A stretch of DNA of 64,000 bases, taken from positions 1,634 through 65,633 of the IMG/VR virus record IMGVR_UViG_3300026035_000001; one strand, given 5' to 3'. Shown piece after piece: positions 49,635-59,770 of this stretch (its first letter is position 1; the number at the start of each line of letters is the position of its first letter). The translations under genes and the position numbers were made by a program. Below the pieces are notes generated by a model. The model made no database searches. It saw nothing but the letters and a program-made list of their open reading frames with translations, and was not told the origin of the DNA. Source of the DNA: a virus. Its lineage: Duplodnaviria > Caudoviricetes.

Positions 49635-49948
49635 TGGCGATCAATCTATCGATCCTCGAAAAAGACATTGGCCGGGTTGTGCGGGTGGTGATCGAGCTCA
49701 TCGCCGGCCGCGCGAACAGCGTGGTTGATGTTACGCTTGCAGCAAATGCCGCCTCGACCACCGTTCCTTTTGTGAATTGCTCATCGGCATGTGGTCCGAT
49801 CCCTATCCCGCTGACTGCGCATGCTGCGGCCGAGATCGGCAACGGAACGCTGTTCATCAGTTCGATCCAGAATGGCGCGTTCACCATCACGCATGCGAAT
49901 AACGCACAAACCGATCGGAATTTTCGATTTGTCTGCTCTGGCGGTTAG
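49634..49948 (+). CDS. small virion-associated protein
   Basis: Beta-rich ITHANNAQTDRNF; coupled. Confidence 0.7.
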   Translation: MAINLSILEKDIGRVVRVVIELIAGRANSVVDVTLAANAASTTVPFVNCSSACGPIPIPLTAHAAAEIGNGTLFISSIQNGAFTITHANNAQTDRNFRFVCSGG

Positions 49949-50345
49949 CACGCTGCCATGCGCGCCATGGCAGGTTGACGGGATGTGGCCGATCGTGCGG
50001 CCGTTTCTGGAACGCTCCTATGCGAAGGCAAACCAGGATATCCCGGAGACGGTGCTAGATGATCTCCGCGCAGATCGCCGCAGGCTGTGGGTTGTGGTGG
50101 TTGGGTCGGACGAAATAATCGCTGCCGGGACCACCGCGCTCTATCAGATGAAAACCGGCAAAATGTGCAAGATCGAGCACTTCGGCGGGATGGGAATGAA
50201 TTTCTGGCTCGATCAACTTGCTGTAATCGAGCAATATGCAAGAGAGCAAGGGTGCGATAGAGTGATGTTCGAAGGGCGCCGCGGCTGGGGCCGCAAGCTT
50301 GTCGACTACCAGCAAACCGCCGTCATTCTGGAAAAGAGATTGTGA
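49929..50345 (+). CDS. GNAT-like acetyltransferase-fold protein
   Basis: MWPIVRPFL...LWVV...IEQYAREQGCDRVMFEGRRGWGRKL; start uncertain (TTG 49929). Confidence 0.7.
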   Translation: MSALAVSTLPCAPWQVDGMWPIVRPFLERSYAKANQDIPETVLDDLRADRRRLWVVVVGSDEIIAAGTTALYQMKTGKMCKIEHFGGMGMNFWLDQLAVIEQYAREQGCDRVMFEGRRGWGRKLVDYQQTAVILEKRL

Positions 50346-50346
50346 T

Positions 50347-51417
50347 ATGGGCGACAAGACGCCGGCCACAACAACCCAAAATCAGAACTCGACATCGACG
50401 GCTTCACCGTATGCGCCAGCTGTCGGGATGATCGACAATCTGATCTCGAAATATTCCGGGATTTCGACGGACCCGACGAAGGCCCAGACGAATGCCGCAC
50501 AGGCTGGCGTCGATGCCACTGCCGGGCTGCAGAATTTCGCGCCCCAGGCGACATCGGCGATCAATAGCTCCTTCGGCAATGCCGGAATGCTCAATTCAAA
50601 TCTCGCCACGATCAACAAAAACCTCGGTGGCATGGCGGGCGGCGCCGGCCTCAATCCATACGAAACCCCGGGTTTCGGCGATGCGCTGAAGACTATGACC
50701 GAGGATATCACCAGCGCGACGAAGGGAGTCTATGCGGGCGCTGGGCGCGATCCGTCGGGCGCCGGCAGTTTCTCACAGTCGCTCGGCCGAGGGCTGACAC
50801 AGGGCCTCTCTCCGGTCCTGCAGTCGCAGTACAATACGAACGTTGGCAACATGATGAATGCCAACAACACGCTCTATAACGCGGGGAACTCGACGGTCGG
50901 CGCGCTCAACAGCAACACTGCGGCCGCGCTCTCTGGCGCTGGCATGATTCCGGGGCTTTCGCTCGCCCCGTCGAGCGCAGCATTGTCGGCAGCCAACACG
51001 CAGCAGGGATTACCATACCAGAATCTGATGCAGCAGCTGCAAGCGGCGGGCCTGCTCGGCGGCATGGGAGGAACAACAACATCGACGGGCTCTGCCACGG
51101 GCACACAGACTCCGGCCAACGATCCGATGTCGAACATCATCGGCGGCATATCAGCCGGTGCCGGACTGGTCGGCGCGTTCTCCGATGAGGACCTGAAGGA
51201 AGACATCAAGGAAGTCGGCAAACTGCACGACGGCCAGAAGGTCTACAGCTATCGGTTCAAGGGTCACAACGTTCCGCAAATCGGTCTGCTTGCGGGTGAA
51301 GTCGAGAAGCATGCGCCGGAAGCCGTCAGCCGCGACGCTGGCACCGGCTATCGCAAGGTTCGCTACGACGTCGCGACGAAGAAAGCAGCCCGCATGGGCA
51401 TGATGGAGGCCGCATGA
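50347..51417 (+). CDS. ejection/pilot protein with C-terminal S74 (ICA)-like domain
   Basis: TTTQNQNSTS..PYAP, G/A/N/Q-rich body; FSDEDLKEDI...VYSYRFK...IGLLAGEVE..PEAV. Confidence 0.75.
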   Translation: MGDKTPATTTQNQNSTSTASPYAPAVGMIDNLISKYSGISTDPTKAQTNAAQAGVDATAGLQNFAPQATSAINSSFGNAGMLNSNLATINKNLGGMAGGAGLNPYETPGFGDALKTMTEDITSATKGVYAGAGRDPSGAGSFSQSLGRGLTQGLSPVLQSQYNTNVGNMMNANNTLYNAGNSTVGALNSNTAAALSGAGMIPGLSLAPSSAALSAANTQQGLPYQNLMQQLQAAGLLGGMGGTTTSTGSATGTQTPANDPMSNIIGGISAGAGLVGAFSDEDLKEDIKEVGKLHDGQKVYSYRFKGHNVPQIGLLAGEVEKHAPEAVSRDAGTGYRKVRYDVATKKAARMGMMEAA

Positions 51418-51866
51418 ACGCACCCGCACCGATGCAATTTGCCCCGCTGCAATTTGCTCAATCCCCAGGTCTTGGCGCCCAGCTGCAGCAGTTGGGCAAG
51501 GCGGTTGGCCCCGCGGCTGGCGTGATGAAGGGCATGATGGCGCCGGGAGCGATTGATCCTGGTGCTGCGATCCCTGGCGCTGCGGGCCCGACGGCGGCTG
51601 GCGGCCCGAGCGGACCAGCACCGCTGGCACCACCGAACGCAGCGCCAGCCATGGCCGGCAGCCCAGGCAGCCCTTATGCTGGTCCGGTCAATCCGCAGGC
51701 GCAGCCCGGAATCATGGATGCGCTCAAGGGAATGCAGCCGCAACAGATTTTGGACGTGCTTCGCAATATGTCGGCGGGCGGGCAGAAGGTGATCCCGCCG
51801 GGCATGCCGGGATCGGCAGCACTGGCTGGCGCCGGGTTGTTGCCGTCGGGAGGCTATGGAGGCTGA
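51414..51866 (+). CDS. low-complexity internal virion protein
   Basis: Pro/Gly/Ala/Met-rich; in ejection cluster. Confidence 0.7.
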   Translation: MNAPAPMQFAPLQFAQSPGLGAQLQQLGKAVGPAAGVMKGMMAPGAIDPGAAIPGAAGPTAAGGPSGPAPLAPPNAAPAMAGSPGSPYAGPVNPQAQPGIMDALKGMQPQQILDVLRNMSAGGQKVIPPGMPGSAALAGAGLLPSGGYGG

Positions 51867-53751
51867 TTTGAATTTGCTTGAGGAAATCCTGGCGCGCGCG
51901 GCGTCGCCGCAGTCGCAATTTGATCCTGCTATGTTTCCTCCGGCAGCGGCGCCGAAGCTTTCCCTGATCGAGCGATTGATGGGGCAGCGCAAGCCCGGCG
52001 CCGCGCCGGCATCGCCTTTCCCTGATATGCAGGCTCCGGGAGCGCCGCCGGCAGCACCGCCATGGGCGGCACAAGCTGGCATCATCGCGCCGGGGATCGG
52101 GGGGCTCGGTAATATGGACGCAGCGACCACGCGCGCGCCGACGTCGCCAGTTGACCCGAACTATGCTGAACCATCGAGCGACACTGAGCGCCAATTGCAG
52201 GCCATGGTGCAGCCATCCGGTGCCAAGCCGCTCCCGCCGCCTCTGCCGCAGGCCCGGCCTCGTGAGGCTGATGGCTCGCTCTCGCCCGATCCTGCTCGGC
52301 CATCTCCGACGGATGCCTCCTCGCAACAGCGCGGGCCGGCTGCGGAGGATGATCACGCGGCGGCGCCGAACTCGCAAGGACTAGCACCGGCTGGACCAGC
52401 ACCGGCGGGCAACGTGCCGCAGATGGCGCAGCCATCGCTTTGGGATAACGTCGGCGGCCTCGCCAACAAGGTGATGAGCGGGCTTTCTGACCATTCGGCG
52501 ACACTGCTTGCCCTCGGCGCCGGGTTCGCGGGGGCGCCGAATATCGGGCAGGGCATCAGCCGAGCATCGCAATATGCGATCCCGGCGACGCAGCAGGATT
52601 TGAAGAATCGTCTTCAGGTGCAGAACCAGTCCTCGACCTACCGGGCGATGATCGAGGCGGGCGTGCCGCCGAATCAGGCGCTGGCCGCGGTCGGCAACCC
52701 GGAGCTCGCCAAGCGGCTGATGGATGCCTATATCGTCGACCGCAAATCCGAGATCAAGACGATCAAGAGCAAGGATATGTTCGGCAATGAGACCGAGCGC
52801 CTTGTGGCGGTCAACCCCTATGACGGCACCTCGAAAGAGATCACCGGCAAACCTGGAGCAGCCGCTGCAACGCCGGGCGCTGCCGCGCCAGCACCGGGCG
52901 GGACAAGCGGCGTATTTGCGTCTGGCGTTTCGATGGACACGTTCGACCACAGTAAGAGCGGCGCCGATTATCTGGCACAGTTCTCGCCGGAGGTGCAGGC
53001 TGGTGTCAAAAAGTATCTCGCGGGGGAATCTCTCCCGACGGGCAGGCAATCGCAGGCGCAAGCGATCAAGTATGCGGCTCAGAAATATGCCGATGACGTC
53101 GGGTTGCCGGCGGGTGAGCAGGCCTACAACCAAAAAAAGGTCTTCAAGAACGCACTGGCCGACACCAAGAGCGGCGTGGGCCTCCAGGTGAAGGGCTTCC
53201 AGCAGGGCCTTTCGCATGCTGCGGCGCTGGCCGATCAGATCGTGAAGATGGGCAACTGGAACGGCCTCGGGATCGCGCCGGTGGCCCATGTCGTCAACGA
53301 CGTCCGAAACCAGAGCACGACGCAAAAAGGCAAGGTCATCGCTGCGGAGAACAGCGCGCAGGCGTTGTCCGGTGAAATCGGCAAACTGTTCTCGGGCGCG
53401 AGCGGCGGCGGCGTGCATGAACGGCAGGCGACAGCCAAGCGATTTGCCGGCAACCTGTCTGGACCGGAGGCAGCCGGCGCGCTCGAATCGACCTTGGAGT
53501 TGATGCACGGCGGCCTCAACTCGATCAACCAGACCCGGGATCGCGTGTTCGGTCCTGGCGCCGGTGAAATGCCGGGGCTGAACTTCGTCGGCCCGGAGGA
53601 GCAGGCCAATATCGACAAGATCGAAAAGGCGATCAAGGTGCTGCGCGGCGAGGCACCGCCGGAGGCTCCGGCAAAAACTGGTGTTGTGGCTCCGCCTCCA
53701 GGCCGGTATGTCTATGATCCCGCCACCAAGATGATGAAGCCGCTGCAATGA
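51856..53751 (+). CDS. ejection protein (putative)
   Basis: 631 aa; LLALGAGFAG, C-terminal PPPGRYVYDPA. Confidence 0.7.
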   Translation: MEADLNLLEEILARAASPQSQFDPAMFPPAAAPKLSLIERLMGQRKPGAAPASPFPDMQAPGAPPAAPPWAAQAGIIAPGIGGLGNMDAATTRAPTSPVDPNYAEPSSDTERQLQAMVQPSGAKPLPPPLPQARPREADGSLSPDPARPSPTDASSQQRGPAAEDDHAAAPNSQGLAPAGPAPAGNVPQMAQPSLWDNVGGLANKVMSGLSDHSATLLALGAGFAGAPNIGQGISRASQYAIPATQQDLKNRLQVQNQSSTYRAMIEAGVPPNQALAAVGNPELAKRLMDAYIVDRKSEIKTIKSKDMFGNETERLVAVNPYDGTSKEITGKPGAAAATPGAAAPAPGGTSGVFASGVSMDTFDHSKSGADYLAQFSPEVQAGVKKYLAGESLPTGRQSQAQAIKYAAQKYADDVGLPAGEQAYNQKKVFKNALADTKSGVGLQVKGFQQGLSHAAALADQIVKMGNWNGLGIAPVAHVVNDVRNQSTTQKGKVIAAENSAQALSGEIGKLFSGASGGGVHERQATAKRFAGNLSGPEAAGALESTLELMHGGLNSINQTRDRVFGPGAGEMPGLNFVGPEEQANIDKIEKAIKVLRGEAPPEAPAKTGVVAPPPGRYVYDPATKMMKPLQ

Positions 53752-56300
53752 CCATCGAAGTCATCGGGCCCGACAAGTCATCGTTCCAGTTTCCGGACGG
53801 TACGCCCGAGGCTGCGATTACGGCCGCGCTCGATCAGCACTATGGCGGCAAGCCAGCAGATGAAGGGTTCGACCGCAACGATCCAGCCTTGAAGAATCAG
53901 GATACGCGCGCTTTGCTGCGCGGCGTCCCCGTCGTCGGACCGCTGGTCACCAACAAGCTCGCCGCGGGGCTGCGCACCGCCTTCAACGGGGGCAAGTATG
54001 CGGAAAACCTGCAGCAAGAGGATGCGGCGCAAAAGGCTTTCGAGGCGGAGCATCCGGTTCTTGACACTGTGTCCGAGGGTATCGGCGGCACATTGGCGCT
54101 GGGTGGTTTCGGCGGTCTTGTCCCGCAAGCGGCGCGGGCGCTGGGAATGACCGGAAAGCTGCTGCCGGCGATGAAGAACGCCGCGCTCTCTGGTGCGGCG
54201 ATCGGCGGCGCAGATGCGGCGGCGCGCGGCAATGACATCGGCAGCGGGGCGGTCGCAGGCGGCCTCACGGGCCCGGCTGGTGTGCTGCTCGGCAAAGGGG
54301 TGGGCAAGGCCTATGACGCGGTAGCGCGCAATCTGCGCGGGGCTCCGCCGGTCCCGACGCGAACGATGGACGTCAATGGCACACCGGTCCCGATCCGCGA
54401 ATCGGTGGAGACCGGTAGCCCGGATACCAGCCGCACCGAGCAGACGCTCTTGAAGTCGGGGCAGCCTGCCGCGCTTCAGGGCGAGGAAGCCACCCAGGCG
54501 GCTATGGCGAAGGCCCACAGCGATCTTTCGGCCGGCCTCGACCCGACAGGCACCAGCCCAGGAGCGGCGCCCCTGGAGGCTGGGGACGCGGTGGCGCGCG
54601 ATCTTGCCGCGCAGGAGCAGCAGCGCGCCGCGGCCGAAGTTGCGCGGACCCGCGCGGCGATCGAACAGACAGCCGGCATCCACAGCGAGATGGACAAGCC
54701 GCCGTTCGCGCCGGCACCGCAGGCGCCGCAGGAGGCAGGACAGTCCCTCTCCGATCGTATCCGGGGGATGTTCCAGACAGCGCGCGGAGCCACGCGCGCG
54801 GCTTATGACAGGGCTGGACAGATTGCGGGCGAGTTCAACCCGGCACGTCTGCTCGGTGCTGGCGAAGATATCCGGCTCCGCCTCAACAGCGCGCCCGGCA
54901 ACGAGCGGGTGCGAATCAGTCCCGAGGTGACCCCCACCGCCCAAGCTGCGCTTCAGACGATCGATAGCGAGATCGCGCAGCTGCGTTTCACCAACGATGC
55001 GGCGCGCGGCCAGCGCCCGATCACGCCTGCCGACATGGAGCAGGTACGAAAGCAACTGGTGATCTTGCGCCGGCAGGCCAACAATGCCGCGCGCACTACC
55101 GGCAATTGGGAGGATGCGCGCGCCGTCGGCCGCGTGATGGATGAGTTCGGCGGCTGGCTGGAGCGGACGGTGCGCCGTCCTGGCGGATTCTCTGGCGATG
55201 CCGAGGCCTATCTGCGAGCGCAGCAGGCTGCGCGTACCGCGCACGCCACCGAGCGCGCGGCATTCTCACGCCGCGGCCCAGGCGATCAGGTCGGCGCGAT
55301 GATGGAAGGCGTCATCGGGAAATACCCTGGACAAGAGATGTCGCCGGACAAGATCATCCGGACGCTGCTCGGATCGCCGGACAACCCGGGCGGATCGGAG
55401 CACGCCGTTGCGGTCTTGAACCACTTGCGCGAAGGGCTCGGAGCGGATTCGCCGGAATGGGCGGCGCTGAAGAAAGCGGCGATCTCGCATTTTACGGAGC
55501 CTGCGCCCGGCGGCGAGGCGGTGCCGATGACCAAGCAGGCGGCGCGCATGCTGCGCTTTCTGGGCAATGAGCGCCATTCGTCGGCGATGTTCACGCCGGA
55601 GGAGCGCGCGCGGCTGTCGTTGCATGCCCAGCGCCTCGCCAGCGCCGAGGATGTGCTGCCGGCCAAGGGCACGGTCGAACAGAAGATCGCGATCCTTTCC
55701 GGACGCATCACGGGCGAGCCTGCCACCGGCACCCAGGTGGTGCACGCGCTGCTCAACCCGGCCGCGGACAATGCGCCGAAGCTCGCCGCGGCGATCCGTG
55801 AGCGCGTCAGCCCGCAAAGCTGGGCGCTGGTGAAGCAAGGCCTCTGGAAGATGATCAGCGAGGCCCCGGAGGGCATGACGGCATGGGGTGATCAGAAGAT
55901 CGGGCAATCGATCGCGAAGTTCCTCAACACCGAGCTCGCCCGTGAGGTGTTCACGCCGAATGAGCGCATGCTGATGAAGACGATCGCCGATGCTCACCAC
56001 AAGCTGATCCCGATCCCTGGGACGACAAATCCGAGCGGCACCGCGCACACCGCCGCAAAGCTGGTCCAGGGTGCACGGCATCAACTCCTGGCACTATTCG
56101 GTTTTGCGCATGGCGGGCTGCCGGGCGCCGGCGTCGCGCTGGCGCTGGGCAAGGCGCTCGATTGGTCGGTAAACCGGCGCGCAGCGAATCAGGCAACGAA
56201 ACTGTTTCTCGGCCCGCAGCCGAAGGGCCCGGCCTCGACGGCAGCACAGCGCGCGCTTGTTACGGCCGCGCAAACACCGGCTCTGCGTCAGTCGAGGTAA
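53748..56300 (+). CDS. large ejection protein (putative)
   Basis: 850 aa, helical; MTIEVIGPD...FPDGT N-terminus, TNPSGTA near C-terminus. Confidence 0.75.
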   Translation: MTIEVIGPDKSSFQFPDGTPEAAITAALDQHYGGKPADEGFDRNDPALKNQDTRALLRGVPVVGPLVTNKLAAGLRTAFNGGKYAENLQQEDAAQKAFEAEHPVLDTVSEGIGGTLALGGFGGLVPQAARALGMTGKLLPAMKNAALSGAAIGGADAAARGNDIGSGAVAGGLTGPAGVLLGKGVGKAYDAVARNLRGAPPVPTRTMDVNGTPVPIRESVETGSPDTSRTEQTLLKSGQPAALQGEEATQAAMAKAHSDLSAGLDPTGTSPGAAPLEAGDAVARDLAAQEQQRAAAEVARTRAAIEQTAGIHSEMDKPPFAPAPQAPQEAGQSLSDRIRGMFQTARGATRAAYDRAGQIAGEFNPARLLGAGEDIRLRLNSAPGNERVRISPEVTPTAQAALQTIDSEIAQLRFTNDAARGQRPITPADMEQVRKQLVILRRQANNAARTTGNWEDARAVGRVMDEFGGWLERTVRRPGGFSGDAEAYLRAQQAARTAHATERAAFSRRGPGDQVGAMMEGVIGKYPGQEMSPDKIIRTLLGSPDNPGGSEHAVAVLNHLREGLGADSPEWAALKKAAISHFTEPAPGGEAVPMTKQAARMLRFLGNERHSSAMFTPEERARLSLHAQRLASAEDVLPAKGTVEQKIAILSGRITGEPATGTQVVHALLNPAADNAPKLAAAIRERVSPQSWALVKQGLWKMISEAPEGMTAWGDQKIGQSIAKFLNTELAREVFTPNERMLMKTIADAHHKLIPIPGTTNPSGTAHTAAKLVQGARHQLLALFGFAHGGLPGAGVALALGKALDWSVNRRAANQATKLFLGPQPKGPASTAAQRALVTAAQTPALRQSR

Positions 56301-56455
56301 TTGCGCACGCCATATCCGACGGCAAAAACCGTGGCGATTGCGATGAGGCCACCGGCGATCCCGCCCGCATTGACGATCGCAACAGAGGCGATGCGCACGC
56401 CGATACATCCTGCTATGATGATGAGGACGCACGCCGCGAGCAGGGCATAATTCAT
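56288..56455 (-). CDS. antisense two-TM membrane protein (superinfection exclusion candidate)
   Basis: MNYALLAACVLIIIAGCIG...GGLIAIATVFAVGYGVR fills the only gap in the late operon. Confidence 0.6.
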   Translation of the reverse strand: MNYALLAACVLIIIAGCIGVRIASVAIVNAGGIAGGLIAIATVFAVGYGVRNYLD

Positions 56456-57128
56456 GGACGGTCCAACTATCATGAGGGGGCTGATCGAGCGGGGGTACTC
56501 CCCTGTCCAGGCAGCCGCGCTCGCGGGTCATGTCCTACAGGAAAGTGGGGGCGACCCCACAAACGTCAACCCGAAAGAGGACGCGCATGGCCTGCTGCAG
56601 TGGCGCCTAGACCGCTGGAAATCCCTCCAGGATTTCGCCAAGGAACGAGGTACAGCCCCGACCGATCCGCAACTCCAGCTTGATTTCATTGGCCGCGAGC
56701 TTGGGGGAAGCGAAGCGAAAGCTGGAGCAGGTTTCCGGGCTGCCACCGATCTTCCTTCAGCCAGCGCCGCTCTCAAGCCGTATATCCGATTTGGCGACAA
56801 TTCCGATCAAGCGAGGTTGAACAATGCTCGTGGGCTCTTTGGCCAAGCGCCGCAGTCTGCTCCAGCGCCGGCATCGGCCGCATCGCCTTCACCTCAAGTT
56901 GCTCCAGGAGTTCCAGGGACCTCCCCGGCCCCAGAGCAGCCCGACAGCGGACTTGCCGAAGCCATTGCAGCCATCCCCAAGCGCATCGCCGAGCAGCAGC
57001 AAGTAGCGGCTCCGCCGCCGCTCGATCTGCAGCCCGTGCAGCCGATGATCACCCCGCAAATGATCCGGGCGCGACAACTCGCACAGGCCATGCTATCTCG
57101 ATCGCTCAACCCTGGAAGCCAGTCATGA
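56454..57128 (+). CDS. phage tail lysozyme domain protein
   Basis: GYSPVQAAALAGHVLQES...GLLQWR..RW..L...QLDFI..EL...RLNNA. Confidence 0.85.
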   Translation: MDGPTIMRGLIERGYSPVQAAALAGHVLQESGGDPTNVNPKEDAHGLLQWRLDRWKSLQDFAKERGTAPTDPQLQLDFIGRELGGSEAKAGAGFRAATDLPSASAALKPYIRFGDNSDQARLNNARGLFGQAPQSAPAPASAASPSPQVAPGVPGTSPAPEQPDSGLAEAIAAIPKRIAEQQQVAAPPPLDLQPVQPMITPQMIRARQLAQAMLSRSLNPGSQS

Positions 57129-58204
57129 AACTCAAGAACTTTTTCGGGATGGTGTTGCTGGTGCTGATCGCGGCTGGATCGCAGCCGGCGATCGGCGCGT
57201 TTTGGCAATGGTCGAAAACGACAGCAACGAATGCCACAGCTGATCCGTCGATAAATTGGGCGGAAGGCATGTCGCCGTCCTCGATCAACGATTCCGGCCG
57301 GGCCATGATGGCGCGCGCTGCCGAGTATCGCGACGATATTTCCGGGGCTTTGGCTCTAGCCGGCTCGTCGACGGTTTATACGGTTACGACGAACCAGACG
57401 CTATGTGTGGCGCCGGCCTCTACTACCACGCCGACCACCGGGCAAATGCTCGCGTTTGTTCCGAACGTCACGAATGGGATTGCGCCGACGCTGAAGGCCG
57501 ATGGCTGCAATGCTTTTCCATTCCAGGTCACAGCTGGAACGGCGCTGCCGGCTGGGACGATCGTAGGTGGGACACCATATCGTGCATCATTCAGCGGCAC
57601 CGCATGGGTGCTGGAAGCTGGCTACGGAAATCCCTATGCGGTTCCGCTCGGTGGATTGCTGGATTCGACAATCGCAACTCCGCCGAATAGCAATTTCATC
57701 CTGCCGGCTGGCCAGTGCATTTCATCGACCACCTATAACGCCTATTTCGTAGCCCTCGGATCACCGGCGAGCGGCGGATGTGCGGGCGGTCAATTTGCGG
57801 TCATCGACATGCGTGGCCGGGTGTCGGCAGCGCTAGATAATCTGAATGGGTCACCAGCAAGTAGGTTAACCACGGCTGGTTGTGGCGTCACGTTTCAGAC
57901 GATGGGGCTCGCCTGCACGAGCACTGAAACGGTGGCGCTTGGGCCAACCAATATGGCTCCGTATACCCCTTCAGGATCGGTTGTTCTCAACTCGCTGGCG
58001 TTCAACTCGGCGAATATCAGTTCAACAGGCGGTGGCGGTCCTGGCAACGTCACCGTTGGTGGATTCTCCACAACGGGGCCGCTTGTGCTCAATGCGCCAA
58101 CTTCATCTCTGACATTTACCGGCACCGCTGGACCTGGAACTAGCGCACCTTTCGCGCGCGTGCAGCCTACCGTAGGAGTCTATCGGTTTCTGAGGGTGAT
58201 CTGA
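57125..58204 (+). CDS. tail fibre/collar protein with N-terminal signal peptide
   Basis: MKLKNFFGMVLLVLIAAGSQPAIG|AFWQWS; INWAEGMSPSSINDSGRAMMA; collar-like LPAGQ...FAVIDMRGRV. Confidence 0.8.
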   Translation: MKLKNFFGMVLLVLIAAGSQPAIGAFWQWSKTTATNATADPSINWAEGMSPSSINDSGRAMMARAAEYRDDISGALALAGSSTVYTVTTNQTLCVAPASTTTPTTGQMLAFVPNVTNGIAPTLKADGCNAFPFQVTAGTALPAGTIVGGTPYRASFSGTAWVLEAGYGNPYAVPLGGLLDSTIATPPNSNFILPAGQCISSTTYNAYFVALGSPASGGCAGGQFAVIDMRGRVSAALDNLNGSPASRLTTAGCGVTFQTMGLACTSTETVALGPTNMAPYTPSGSVVLNSLAFNSANISSTGGGGPGNVTVGGFSTTGPLVLNAPTSSLTFTGTAGPGTSAPFARVQPTVGVYRFLRVI

Positions 58205-58632
58205 TGGCTGTTGTCGATACAGAAATGACGTTGCGGCGTCAGCGTGAATCGGCTCGACGGCTTCGCTTTGAGCCGAGCGCGATAATTCCAGCGACAGACG
58301 TGCAGACCGCTATTGAACAAGTAGTCGGTATCGCGCAACCCGGTGCCAAGGCAATAACCAGCGCAGCCTCGCCGTATACGGTTCTTTCGTCCGATCGCAT
58401 TCTGCTGGTTGACACGACGGGCGGTCCCGTCACGATCAACATGCAACCCTCGGCCGCGCGCCAATATGATCTGGAGATCAAGGACGACAAGGGGACCGCT
58501 GCGACCAACAATATATCCGTCGTGCCGAGTGGCGCAGAAACGATCGATGGTCTTGCGCCCTACACCATGGACAGCAACTACAGCAACGTAGTCTTTGGTC
58601 TGCAAGCTGGTGGGTATTATGTCAAGAATTAG
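58204..58632 (+). CDS. tail-associated protein
   Basis: ATDVQTAIE, VDTTGGPVTI.M, IKDDKG, ETIDG fibre-type motifs. Confidence 0.7.
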   Translation: MAVVDTEMTLRRQRESARRLRFEPSAIIPATDVQTAIEQVVGIAQPGAKAITSAASPYTVLSSDRILLVDTTGGPVTINMQPSAARQYDLEIKDDKGTAATNNISVVPSGAETIDGLAPYTMDSNYSNVVFGLQAGGYYVKN

Positions 58633-59770
58633 GGCTCTCGCTGCAGCACTGAGTTTGTTTCTGGCGCCTGCCGCCGCATTCGGTCAGGCTGCACAATTCG
58701 GCCCTGGCCAGATTTACGGAAACTCGACGGCTGCACAGCGCAACGGCCGCGCCGAGAACGTGACTGCGATCCTGGATCGCGCTCTTTCCAGTGTGCGTGG
58801 TTCGATCATCGAGCGCGGCGCCTCGGGGTGGGGCGTTATAGGGCCGGGCACGTCAGGGCTTGCCTTTATCAGCGGTGGCGCCGGTGCCGATCCAGCTTAT
58901 GGCATTCTCGGTTACCCCGGTGGCGGCTGCGGTGCTGCGATCTCGGCATCCAATGGCGGGGTATTCTTTTCTGGCGCCTCGGCATGTTCGCTCCTCGCTG
59001 GAACGGCAACGGCTCGGCTCCCGCTCTTGTCCGGGGCCAATGTCGTTGGCGTGTGGGGAGCGTTCACGCTTCCGGCCAGCGTCACGAGTGGCGGCGTAGC
59101 GTGCTTTACGTCAGCCACCGCCATGAGTTCCAGTGGTGGACTTACGGCCGGCGCGATTATGCTTGGTGGGGGCTCCGGAATATGCCCAGGCTCTGCAGGT
59201 CTCGGCACAACGACAACTGTCTACCACGGCAATGCGGGCGGGGCCGGAGCGTTCGGTTCGGTGGTGTCGGCCGATCTTAACATCACGACGACGAGTTGCA
59301 CGAATCAGGTCATAACGGCGATTTCCGCGACTGCATCTGGGACATGCACCTCGATCGCCTATGCCATGATTGCCGCGAGTTCTCTTGCGACTGCGGCCAA
59401 CCTGGAAGCTGGCGCGGCCAATGTGCTCTTGAGCGCAGCAATCATCTATGATGCCGAGCAGACGATCACGTTCAACGCCACCCAGACGTTCGATTTCAAC
59501 ACGTTCCTTAATGGCCGCATCACGCTCACCGCGAACATCACGTCGTTGACGTGCTCGAATATGAAGGCCAGCCAGAGCGGCGTGATCACGCTGGTGCAAG
59601 ACGGCACCGGAAGCCGGACGATGGTGGCTGGATGGTGCACGCAATTCAGATGGGCCACTGGTGTGAGAGGCGTTCTTTCGACCGCGGCATCCTCCGTCGA
59701 TGCCCTGTTCTATCAGTGCGTATCGACGTCGATCTGTTATGTGTCCCTCAGTAAGGCGCAGGCAAACTGA
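58619..59770 (+). CDS. Gly/Ser/Ala-rich tail fibre with signal peptide
   Basis: MSRIRALAAALSLFLAPAAAFG|Q; C-terminal LTANIT..SN.KASQSG.ITLVQDGTGSRT...LSTAASSVD. Confidence 0.8.
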   Translation: MSRIRALAAALSLFLAPAAAFGQAAQFGPGQIYGNSTAAQRNGRAENVTAILDRALSSVRGSIIERGASGWGVIGPGTSGLAFISGGAGADPAYGILGYPGGGCGAAISASNGGVFFSGASACSLLAGTATARLPLLSGANVVGVWGAFTLPASVTSGGVACFTSATAMSSSGGLTAGAIMLGGGSGICPGSAGLGTTTTVYHGNAGGAGAFGSVVSADLNITTTSCTNQVITAISATASGTCTSIAYAMIAASSLATAANLEAGAANVLLSAAIIYDAEQTITFNATQTFDFNTFLNGRITLTANITSLTCSNMKASQSGVITLVQDGTGSRTMVAGWCTQFRWATGVRGVLSTAASSVDALFYQCVSTSICYVSLSKAQAN

